A stretch of DNA of 64,000 nucleotides. It comes from Raillietiella orientalis. Lineage: Eukaryota. Under the pieces are notes generated by a model that saw only the letters and a list, made by a program, of their open reading frames with translations, searched no databases and had not been told where the DNA came from. The stretch's first letter is position 1; each line of letters begins with the position of its first letter. The stretch is taken from the NCBI GenBank assembly GCA_036172245.1, contig JAYWIR010000067.1, positions 186,001 through 250,000 on the forward strand, written 5' to 3'. Shown piece after piece: positions 1-12,200 of this stretch. Both the position numbers and the translations under genes were made by a program.

Positions 1-676
1 GTGCGGAGAGAGGGGAGCGAACCCCCGCGCGTCATCCAGGGCGCGCACTTCACTGGACCCGGGGGATGTGTGAACCCAAGTCGTGCCTGGCGCGGGGAAC
101 GTGAATCTCTCTCCCGCACCTACTTGTAGACTGTGCTGCCCTCCGGACCCCGTGATTGCATTTCGCAACGGCCCTCCGTACCGCGGGCCGGAGCCTCCGT
201 ACCAACCCCAGGGACGTTTTACAGCTCCTCTCTGTGCGGCCAGCAGCCTCCCTAGCAGCAGCCTCTCTGCTGCCTACGCGAGGTCCTGCCTCTCTGCCGC
301 CTGGAGCGAAGCAAGCGGAGGACGGAGCAACGGGGCTGCCACATCCACTTTGCCGTCCACTTCCCCGCTTCGTCCGCTTGAGATGGCCCAACTACATGCA
401 GGGAGAACTTGCCAGCATCCCCGAAAGGATGCAGAGGCCTGCCCCCAGTAGAACGTGACCCCTTCCCTTACTACCATCCCTTCCCCAAATTTATTTATTT
501 ATTTTTATTTTTTGTTTGCCTCCTCCGCTATGCAGCCGAGGCGGACCCCACCGGTCTGCGTACCGGCGACCTAGCAGGTTCCTTTTGAAGTGGACGTGGC
601 TGGACCACCGATCTTACCACAAGAATGGTCAATGTTTATCTCATTCCTCAAACGCCTCGTCGCACCCGGGTGAAAA
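1..676 (+). mobile_element. 3' fragment of an L1/Tx1-clade non-LTR retrotransposon (copy A), probably intronic and antisense to the supervillin-like gene
   Basis: Frameshifted translation HWTRG...GERESL-HLLVDCAALR...HFATAL...TNPRDVLQLLSVR matches the CCHC C-terminus of the copies at 51.6-53.5 and 54.0-56.2 kb. It is followed by a T-rich 3' UTR and the shared terminal motif AAACGCCTCGTCGCACCCGGGTGAAAA at 650-676. Confidence 0.8.
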
Positions 677-952
677 TCCAGTGCGCGCACCGAGCAGCGG
701 AGTCCTCCGTCTACGGGTAGCGGTGCTCCTCCCTCCCTCTCGCGAGACGCGCCTCTCCGCCACATTTCGTTCTTGCCCCTACGCAGCAACCGGGAGCAGG
801 AGCTACCCGCCCCGATGACGACTACGAGGTTCGGCGGAACGGCCTCGTCAAAACCGTCAAGTACCGAGGTTTTAAAGAGTCCGTTCCGCCGTGACGGAGC
901 CGAACCTCAGAGTCGTCATCGGGGCTGGTGGCTCCTGCTCCCGTTTATGACA

Positions 953-978
953 ATCATCATCATCATCATCATCATCAT
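953..978. repeat. (ATC)n microsatellite
   Basis: About 8 perfect ATC units read directly from the sequence. Confidence 0.9.
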
Positions 979-3242
979 TACTACTTCCATTGACTGAGCG
1001 CGTGGTGGAGGGGGGAAGCTCCGTTTTCGGTTCTCGGGGTGGTCCGCAGTCACAGAAGCACCCTCACGGCAACGACGGCCAGCGAACATGGCGGCCGCGG
1101 CGGTGCAGAGACAGAGTTCGGCGCCGACGGATGTTCGGCACCGACCACGTGCCTTGCCGGGCACGGCTCAAGCACGGCTCTGTACAAATGTCGCATGCGG
1201 CGGGGGAGTACACCGCCGGTGAGGCAGACCCCGAGGCGCTGACCCTTCGGAAGGCGGGAACGAGTGAAAGGGCGGTGGCGCCACCGATGACGGCGCGCGC
1301 GTCCAAGGCAGACGCGCGGTGGTCCCACCGAGTACGGACGGACCCGTGGTTTGCCGGGGCAGTGACACGGAACGAAACCCTAGGGCGCTTCGTTCTGTGA
1401 CCGGAAAGCTCCTGACCCCCGAGGGAGGGGGAAGGGGGGGGATCTCCCCGAAGACAGAGTCACTTGAAACTGACACCTGACTCCCGGGTCAAGGGAATCT
1501 GTTGCATTGCTGAACCCTTGGAGAGCCATCAATCTTCCCTGTCATTCGAGGCAGAAGCTTCCCGGGGAAAGACTTGAAATTCGTCCCCTGGTCTCGTGCC
1601 GGGGCCCGAAGACTCTGCGTGTGAAAGCGCGCCCTCTTCCCAGAGAGGAAGCCACAGTCGAGACAGGACGATTCCTTCGGGAGCGGCAGGGAACCTCTTG
1701 TCGGGGCGGAGCAGGTCGGGTTCGCCTTCGGAGGGAGGAAGACCCGGAAACGCGCCAGAATTTTTTTTTTTTTTTTTCCCGTCATTCCGCTCGTTTGCCG
1801 AAAGAAGCGGGCGGAAGCAGCTGCTGCTACTCGGCGACGAACGAAGAGCCAGTTCCGAGTAGGACGGCACCGAAATACGGGGGGGTAGGAGGGAGGGAGG
1901 GAAGGAAAGTGGGGGTGGAGGGGAGGTGCACTGCCCACGGACAGCGAGCCCAGCCGAAGCGATGCCTGAGCCCTCTGACCGCCGTCGCCCTCTGCGTCAT
2001 CCCGCTCACGCGAGATGGCTTCCCGTTGCCGTGGGGGGGGAAGGGGGGGGAGGAGAGAACAAAGCGCCCACCACGCAACGCGCACCTCTTCCTTAGAAAT
2101 GCTCCAGCATACAAGAGCTCTTTTCTCATTAACGAAAAAGGTTGCCCAAGAAGTGATTCTCCCCCAAAAAACACGATAAAAACATTTTGCATTGCGACTG
2201 ACTCGAATGCACAACGGTGTTTTTCTCGATGACGAAGGTCATGTGACGTTGCGCACAAATCGCGCATTCTTTCGAAACACGACGGGGGAACCGTTGCTAC
2301 ACCCAGAGGCTCCGCACGCGTGGTATTCTGTGGCACGTGGTGGTCGGCTCGACTAGCGCCAGCGAAGCCGCGCCAAACGGGGGGAAGGAAGGGAGAGGGG
2401 GGAAGGAAAAAAAAAAAAAAACGCTGCGCAGAGGTGTTCCGAAACCACCCGTCGGTGACTGATGGTGGTGACGTGCAGAAACCTGACACCTGACGCGGTT
2501 CTCCGTTGACTATCCGACACATTTGCACATACGATGTTCCCGTTCCTCGATGCTCGGACGCATTCCCTTCGGGACTCCCGATATACCTATACCTCCGCCG
2601 CCGCACGGAACTCTCTCGGATTCTACCCCGGGGGGAGAGGGGGGGGGGCACGGAACTTCGCACGACGCCTTCTCGATCGCCTTCCCGACGCATGCTGTGG
2701 TCTTCACGGACACCTCGAGGGTACGCAACGATCATCGCTTCCTTCCTATCCCTCTCTCTCTCTCGTTTGTTGCCTCGGGAAATCAGGAAGGAGCTTAGCT
2801 CGCCGGGTCGGGTCGGCTTGTGCCACTTCTGAGCTACTCGTAGTTCGCCCATCGCGTGCTCTCGCGACACGCTTTCCTACTACCAAGGCCCCGGCAAGGT
2901 ATCCTCGAACACATGCATTTACACGCGTGTTTATTCATTCATTCATTCATCGCTGAAGCAGAGGGAAGTTCCCTGCTCACAGCAGAGGAGGTGACCTCGA
3001 ATGATTTCTCAGCCTTCGAGGCAAATTAAGGGATTCGATGGAATACCGAAGGGAAAACACAAACACGCAGGTAGGAGAGGACGGAAGCACTGCGATGGGG
3101 GCAATGGCGATGCCATTGCCCCCATCGCCCGAACACCCGAAGGGAAGAAACGACCGATGCTCAAAAAGGCTTCGGCCGTTATTGAACAACACACTGAGCA
3201 CGCAGCTACCGCAGCATCCCGCATTGGGAAACGAGTGCTTAC

Positions 3243-6200
3243 TTTGAAACGGTCTTTTCCTCTTGCTCGCTGGGGTCATGGCACGTCTCCGGGTCTGGAC
3301 GAGCCGCCGGCACATCGTGGTCGCGAGCGCCCGGCTCGCCTTCCTTCCCGACGAGCATCTTCCCCTTGCCCAGTGACGTCAGGATTTCATCCGGCTCGGC
3401 AAGCACGCTTAGTCGGGACCCTTCGCTCCATCGCCGGTCGGCATCTGCAACAGCGCACAGCCGAGCGCTCGTAAAAGTCCACCGCGACCGCCCGACTGGC
3501 CAACCTTTCAGAGAAGAGCAAGGAAGCAGCTGAGACAGTTCGCAGTCGGTCACCGGTTGCGTGACGAACCTCTGGCTATCGCCACGTGTTCGTCTGGAAG
3601 GACGAACGCAGGGGGCGCAGGACTCCGTCCTCGGCCGGTTGAACATGTCGATTTTTTCCCGGACGCTGACTTTGTCCTCTTGCGTTTCTTGGGAACCTAC
3701 CGGAGCAGTAAGGCTCGTTACAGCGGGTGACCAGCAAGCGGCGAAAAAGAGAATCGTCTGCAGGAAAACGCAGCACGTCTCCGAGCAAACCCGGCGCCAG
3801 GTGCACCTGATTTCTCATTGACACACCATTCCGTTTTTTTTTTTTTTCTTCTTTCTTTCTCTTCCCCCCTTTCCAAAAAGGAAAAAAAAATTTGGAAGAT
3901 TCGCTGAAAAAGTAATATATATATATATATATAAATATATATATATATAGAGAGAGAGAACTAAGATACGCGGAGAAACGGGGGGCCAGGTTGAGCGGAA
4001 AACACGGGACAACGTGTGTGTGAGACGAACAAAGAAAACCGCGCGAGAGATGGCTAATGAGATGGCGGAAACAGCATCCGTTCTCGTCAGCAAGTTTTCC
4101 CCTCCAGCAACAACTCGCAACCACGCTGACGACGGCAGCGCGCATCCCACACCTACGGGCCAAGGAGAATCCACGTCCGATCAACGCAGCTCGCTGAAAT
4201 GGCGCAACGGCTACGGGGAGGCTGCACGCACGCACCGACGCCCACGCTCAGGAAGATTACGCAGAGTTGAGAAGCGGCACACATGCGGGCACACGTGCTG
4301 CCGCAGGCACGCGCGCGCGCGGTCGCAGGGGCGTCGAAACAACAACGAAAGGAAAGGTGACCACTTCCAGCTGGACGAGCAAAGAGCTGCTGCCGCCCAC
4401 CACTTCCTTCCTTCCTTCCTTCCCTTTCTTGTTTCATCGGTGAGCCCAAGATCGACGCTTCCGTGCCACCACCAGCGTCGCGAGGTGAATTCTCTGCCAA
4501 CGCTGCGCGCAGCCACGAGAAACTTTCGCTCCGGACCACGTGTGCTCTTCCTTCGAAAGACTCTTCGCGCTGGGAGACGGCTTCTGGACGTGCAGCATCT
4601 TCTCGCGGGCGACGACTGCCGTGGCTGCTGCCGTGGCGATCCGCCCGCCCGCGCTGCCACCAAAGACTTCCGGCCGCCTTCAGCTTCCGTGAAGCCTCCC
4701 GGCCGAGATGGCCGCGCCCGTCCCGCACCCGGATCTCTCCTCGCCTTTCCAGGGCTGCCTACCGAAGATCTTATCAACGTGCATTTCCATTTTCGGCGTT
4801 TTTCGCGACCACGGAATTTCCGCTCCTTTGTTCCCCGTCGTTCACCTCGGCACAGTGGGACCGTGGCGTGCACGTGGGCTGATGCTTTCCTTTTCGGCTG
4901 CACACCTTTGTACAGGCACACACTCACCTTCTTGTGCGGGGGTCCAGGGGCTCTTTGACGACCCAGAATGCTGACAAGTGGCAATCTTCCGGGAAGGCTT
5001 TGTAATCACTTAAGAGAAACAGCACTCGAGTCGGCCTGCTTAAGAGCACTCAAAAATCCAAACATAAAAAAGGCACCACAAAGTGAACAACAACAACAGC
5101 AAAATTTTTTTTTCGCTTCAAAAAAAAAAAAGAAAAACAAGTCTGCTTGATTCAGGAAGCTGACGGAACAAATGTTTTTTTTTTTTTAAAAAAAAAAAAT
5201 GGCGGCCGAGGTAGGCGTTAATTAAAGACGGCGAAGCTTCTAGACGTTCTGCGACGCTCTTCGCAGTCCTGTGGTAGCATTGTTGGTTACGCACGCGCTT
5301 TTCGAACCACACGGACCCGCCGTGTGGTTCACCCTGCCCGAGGGCGAACACCTTCCTGACGGGCACGCGGCTCGAAAAGGAAGGCGGAAATCTCGGGAAC
5401 CATCGTGAGTTTCTGGCACACACAAACCGACAAGTTCTTCCGGGAAGGCGGCGCATCTGCACTGCTCGGGACGAACACCCGGAAAAAGGGGTCGCTGCAA
5501 AGAGGATTCGGGGACTAAGGCCGAGGATGGAGGCCGCTACGTTCGAAAAGACTTCCCAAACGCAAGAGGGGCACCTGAAAAGCGCACTGACCACCGTGGA
5601 GGTTGCTCCCAGCTCGAACCGCTGGGCGGCCGTTCGCATCTCAAGCACGGGCACTGGTGGTTCCGAAGCACGGCAAAAGCCAAAGAGTCCAAGGAAAACC
5701 GTCGGGTTTTCCTTTCTTTCCACCTCAGGGGATGTGCTCACGTTCCGCGGGGCCGACGCAGGGCCCCACGAACACCCGCACGCGGCAGTGGGGCACAAGG
5801 CATCATCCCCACGGTCGGAGCGAACGTGGTGGTTTCGAAGCCCGCCAACATTTCCTCAAGGCCTCACGGTGGATGGAGGCGCCAAGACACGCACGGCGAC
5901 CGGCGCCATCTTGTTGTTATTTGGGAACCTTTCCAGCGAATAAGAAGTCCGTAAACACCGGCACAAGTGGAACACCGGCTGAGCGCGTCTGATTCTCCGG
6001 CGTGACACCTGCTCATCAGCCCCCGATTGTACAACGTCCCAGAATCAGTTCGCCCTCAACACAATTATTTCAATCCGATTGGTTTTCACAGCGCACTTTT
6101 TTACACGCAGCTGCATAAAATGGCTCCTTCAAACGGCTCGATTGTAAAACACACACACACACTCGTTAAACGTTTACGGAAAACGGAAAACTTTGCAGCA

Positions 6201-9200
6201 ATGTGCCTCCCCCCCCCCGGGCAAATCGAAACGGGGAAGGAATCAGTCAAGAGCATCCCGAAATGTTAGCATAATGGTCGAGCCAGACGCTCTTGGCGTG
6301 AATTGGGCAGGCACCCTACGGCCCAACTCAATCAGGGACGGTGTAAGGAAGTTGGTGACGTCGTCGCGAAGAAGCGCGTCAAACACCGACCGGTGGCCGA
6401 AAATCGGTTTTCCGACAGCAATTCCCGCCGGAAAACCTGCGGGGAAGAAGAAGGAGAAGAAGGAGGAGAAGCCGTCTGTTACGTGCGGCAGGGCGATTGG
6501 AAACGCACACGTCACCGTCACCCCTCAAGGCTACGCTGCCTCGAACGCCTCGAAAGTCACGGAACCGTTTGGGTTTGTTGCTCGCTGCAAACGTCAGCAC
6601 CACGACGGCGCACACACCGTCGAAGAAGATTTCATTCACCGCCGGGTCCAGCCCTCGAGATGACTGACGACCCTTGGCGAGTGCTGGAGTTTCCCGTGCC
6701 CACCTCAACCACGAGGATGCCGTGTGTTTCCGTGGTCGCGCGTGGTCAGCTGCCTCCGGCCGTGCCATCGAAAAGAAACCCTCATCGAATACAAAGCAAC
6801 CGGACGGAAGAAGCAACACACACTTTGGGAGCAAAGACGCTGGTGGGCTTGATAAAGCCTCTTAAAACACCCGCCATCTTCCAAGGGAAAAACACAAAAA
6901 AAAAATGATTCATCAGCAAAGTACGCAAAGTCAACAGGGAAATGAGCGAAAATCGAGGCATATCAAACGGATAACGATTAATGAGAATTAGAAAGCATAG
7001 CGACTGAGCCTACAGTTCGGTAAAGTACATCTCTCGAAATGGGATGGTCACGTTAAAACACGTCGGAATACGAGCAAACTCAGGTTAGCTTTAAGGTTAG
7101 CTTCACCATTGGATTCAAGGACACCAAGGCCATCCGGTTCGAACGTTTGCTCCATGGGCAGGGAACCACCTCGAGTGAGAACCTCATAAACTGTTCACCA
7201 GTGGGCGGATCCAACGAATGCAAAACCAAAAACTCGTGTGGTTTCAACTGGAGGGGTCGACCTTGCGGAAATTGACGTACCTCCACGGCAAAACGGTTCT
7301 CAACGACCACCGTGGTGCACCGCGCACAACTCCTTCATACGACGGCTCCAGGCGCCCCACGCCGAAAGTACGGAAATTCGCGCGGGAATGCTCCCCCCCC
7401 CCCGAATTTTCCAGAATTTTAAATTCGCTGAACCGATCGCAAGCACATGCCTAAGCAGACGCTAAGGAGATTCGGGACGGTCACTCTTATTACAGAACAT
7501 CGAAGCTCCGCCTGGTGCACACGGATCGGAACGAACGGAATAAAACGCAACTGTACAGATAGACGTACTGCCATCGGGCAGAATGGATGAACACCTGGAA
7601 ACCACGATCCAATGCCAAATTTTACGTAAACTCGAAAACCACTCAGCACGTTACATTCAAATTAAAACACCACGCGCAGCAGGGGGGGTAGGGAGATGCA
7701 AATTCCGGGTCGTTAAGTGTCTGCCAACTGGGGTAACGTGAGGATTGACACCTAGATTTTCCTGGCATATGTATTTTTCAATGCACACACGAATGCAGTA
7801 TAAATGCTAATAATGGTACTGATGAACGCACGCGATACAGGAATAGGCGCACACGGCCTTTGCTACCGATCCTATTGCTATGTACCTCATCTTAAATCGC
7901 GCATCCATTAACACAAACAATATGCTCGCACAGCACCTGGCACCACTGTCACAACCGCAATCCCACGTTAACAAAGGCAGGAAGACATGACCCAATTCGT
8001 CGAATTATCCCAAATGTATAATGTGTGTGTGAAAATATTGCAGACAATTTGGGCAAGATAACGTGCATTTCCATTACGGAGAACGGCGGGTTTGAACAGA
8101 GGGGAAAAGCCATTTTGAAACACGGATATGGAGGAGGAGGAAAAAAAAAAACGCAGAGGATCTATCGCACGATCTATCGCTGGTATCGCACTTACCACTT
8201 GTTAGAGACTCGGATTCGAAGAATGGGTAAACATCAGCCAACGCCTATCACAAGCGCGACAGACAACCCAACTGGAGACAACACGAGGGGGAAACCGGTC
8301 CAGAAAACCACGGCTGCGAGCATTTCACCGCGGGGGGGGGAGGAGGAGGAGGAGGAGGACTGGAGGGATGCACGGCGAAGAAGCACGGAGAGCGATTCCT
8401 CAAGGAAATCGGTAGCGCTTCCCAAAACATTAGTCATACCATCACATCCACACGTTCCACGTGCGGGACGGTTCTTTTCGATTGTGGCGTTGCATTGCGT
8501 CGTAATCGAAAAGTTCACAGCTCCCCGTCCGCCGTGGGAATTTTACGGTCGGAGACTTGAAAAACGAAATGAAACGCGCGATCCAACCAAACGACTGCAG
8601 CGTCCGAATTTATACGACTCGGAATTTATAATCGGCGGCATTGGCGACCGTTACGGAGGAAATCGGGCAGAAGACTGATGCGCCCCGAATGCTAGCTGAG
8701 ACTCCGGGCACAGACCCTTCGGCAGGTGTGCTGCTGCTGCTGCTGCTGCTGCGGGGCGAACAACCCGGCATCACGCACCACGGACGTCTCGCTGGCTGAA
8801 ACCGCGTCCATCGAGCTAACAAAGAATAGCAGCAGCGTACAACGAAAAAAAAGGAACACTCCAAAGACGAGTGTACGGCGAGCTGCTCCTCGGTTTCATG
8901 GCCAGTACGGGAGGAGCACGTGCACACAAACAGATGGAGAACACACACACACACACACACATGAATGGAGAGGTGGATGCCGCAGCAGCAGTACCTATTT
9001 TTACCTTTTGCATCGTTTGTGTTCCGGTTGAAGTGAGGATTTTCGAGCAACGGAGCGTGCTTGGGAGGAGATGCCTGCTTATCTTCTTGAGATGGATCGA
9101 TTTTACTGGAACATAAAATCACACAACACTGGTCATTCAGTGGAAACCTTACTTATCTGTATGAACTTGCTCCGAAAACGATATACCGCCGGCCTTCGAA

Positions 9201-12200
9201 TCATCCGTTACAGAGCAAGAACTTTCATATCCCAGCCAGTTTTTGAGGATTGATTTTGGCCTGCCATCCATGCTGAGTTCTTCTTCAGATTTCTTCTTTA
9301 AGATTGGACGGATGTTGTCTGGGCATGGAGAGTCCGGACACAGGGTTTCCAAGGATTGTTGCTTCTTTAGAATTGGCCTGATGATGTCCTCCTGCTCTTC
9401 GTCCGTGGGCATCTTTTTTTTTAAAATAGATCGTAGGTAGGCGGATTCCGTCTCTTCATAACTCTTGCGCTTTTTTAAAATGGGTTTGGGATCAACATCT
9501 GGCCCAACTTCTATCCGAGCAACTTTCTTCAAAATGCTCTGGAGCTCCATTTCTTCAACGTTTGCCATTTTCAGAATACCAGGTCTATCCATCAAATCAT
9601 GGAGAGTTTTTCTCTTCAGTATCCCAGATGCATCCTTATTGTTGTCACCTGCAATTCCTTCCTAAGAGAATATGTTGCATCCCTCAGATTACCAGATTCT
9701 GACTCATTTGGGGCAGGGAAGCCATCTTTTGGATACAACTCTTCCAGACAACTTGGCTGCAAATTGTTAAGAATGCCACCATCAGAAAAAATTGATGCCT
9801 GATCTCTTACAGGTTCAGGTGTCCTTATAAACTGGTCACCTTTAGCAGAAGCACATTCACTGGGAACAAGAACGATTTTGGGTTCCTGTGACTTCCTGGG
9901 AATGCCTGCATCCACACAAGCACCCATCTCAATCTTCCTCTTTTGCTCTTTCACTATGCCTAATTTAATAGGAGTCACTGGCAGCAAGCGAGGAATCCCA
10001 CTTGCAAAAGCATCAGAACAGAAAAAACTCTTTTTTCCGTCCTTCCTATAAATCATCAAGGAAGTTTGCTGCCGTGGTGAGAACGATTCATTTTCAGAGC
10101 TTGTGATGGTGTACTGCTTTGTCACAGAAGGTACCCTAGATGAACTAGCAGGTACCCCTTTCACAAAGGGTGTGAGATTTTTCTCAGGAGGAACACTACT
10201 CAATCCAGAAAGACCCATCTCATCTACAATACAGCGATTCAAGTTGGACTTGCGCTTGGAAGACTTATCCTTCTCTTTCTTGAGCAAGCAAGCATTAGAG
10301 ACAACTGGGCAGATTGGGGTTGCACACCAGGTATGTGTGCTTTGGCTTGATCCCTGATCTGAGACAGCACCCTAAAAATCACAAATCTATCATCAGAATT
10401 GTCTCTCAGAACAAATGAAATTCCCTATGTTAGTAACTAAGACAACAAATGCAGATTCAGGTAGCATGGTGCATTGCAAGTCACATGTGAGCAAGAATGA
10501 GAACAAAGTACCCAAAGAGTTATACCTTATTGAATTTCTGCACTAACTGCCAGGACTCTAAACTGGATCCATCACCTTTTTGAATAACCGATTTTCGATC
10601 TGCTGAAAGACCATCTGGAAAAAAGATACACACATATATATAGTTATGTTATGTTTTGCCAAGAAGACCACTTAAGAAAACCACACATGCTCAGTGTACA
10701 TCCATTTATCCAAATAAATAAAATATTGTCCTCACGGTTTTTTTTTGAATTTGGCTGCACTTTCAAGTTCCATTCATCAATCCGCTCACTGATCTTTTTG
10801 TAATGGATTGGTCCATAGGGGGAAATGTTTACTTCCTGGCAAGGTAAACTTTCAGATTTCATTTGCCTGTGCTCCAGTGTTTTTTGTTGATTTTGCGGGT
10901 GATATGGAAAATTTGTGAATTTCCTATGAAATATGAACTTTTAAATTATTTGAATTCTCACTGATCAAAAAAGCTTTCTGTACAGTTACGCACCTTCTGA
11001 ATGGTACAATGGAGAATTTTAATTCCTGATCGACTACGAGTACGTTTGGCTTTGACATGGGCAAGAATACAAGAGGGAGAAGAAGAAGGAAAAAAAAAAA
11101 CGTATATCCAATTGACCGGTGGAATAACTACCGAGTTAAGCTTGTTTTAGGGTTGGTTGTCGCAATAACGTTCAGAGAATGCAACCAAGCACAACAACAT
11201 TTGCTTGGTATAACCCATGAGGCAATAATTGCCAACAGTCACAACGAAACCGAAAGGATAACGTTGAGCAAGGCACTGCTCACGGCAAACCATGACATTT
11301 CAGAATGAAATGCACACCTTGACCATCGAAAAGTCACACACACACACTCTCTCTCACGGTGGGGGGGGGGGGAGAGATGTGCTAACACACACGAGACGTG
11401 CACCGCGATCCCTCCGTACACACTGGAGGATGCTCATTTACTGGTTCAACGTCACTTGCAATCACGAAACGCTTCCTTTTCCATGCATTCCTTTTTTTCC
11501 CTTTTTCAGGAACTCCCACAACACTTTCACGCAGAAAGCAAAAGGCTGTTTAAACATTGCAGCCAGTGCTTCGTTACACACTACTACGTGCATAGCAGCC
11601 TACGTGGACTACGTACACGGGATCGTTCATGTGTGACTCCTTCGCACGGGTGGCACACACGCACGTCAGGGCAAGTACCTCACCTGGTCACATTCTCAGC
11701 TGCGTGGTCACAAGTGGTCACCTGGGGTTGAACTTCGTACTGCTTACTATCGTTTACTTCGAAGGCGCCGCCATCCCCTGGGAAAAAGAAAAAGAATGGC
11801 AAGATCGAACTCGAGGAGACCACCGCCGACGTGTGCTCGGTGGCACATCGAAACACACACACACACGCGCGTGCTGCAAGAAAGATCGAAGCACTTCAGA
11901 GAGCCCCCCTCCCCCTCCCAGCCTCGGACTTAGGGACGGAAGAGCAGCACGGGTCACGACGCGCTGCTGCGTGCTGTCCGCGACCCCGCGGGCTCCGGGG
12001 CTCGCAGGAACCAGGGACCCCAGCACTCCACCAAGACTCTCTGCCAAATGGATCCACTTTCCCTTTTGCTGCCGCTGGATGGATGAATGCTCGGAGGCAT
12101 CCTGACGCAGGTTCAACCTGGATTCGGGTGTCCGATTTTCAAGCCCTCGTTAACCGCAAGCAGTCAGACGAGTTGTTTAGAGCTCAAGAAGGCGATAGCC

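Noticed and set aside
1420..2055. G-run clusters able to form G-quadruplexes
   Set aside because: Such runs are common throughout the GC-rich parts of the window; nothing singles these out.
2700..8900. Additional candidate supervillin exons (e.g. near 8816, 5250, 4760, 3013, 2876)
   Set aside because: Splice sites or frames are plausible, but no convincing conserved motif or consistent phase supports them, so they were left out of the model.
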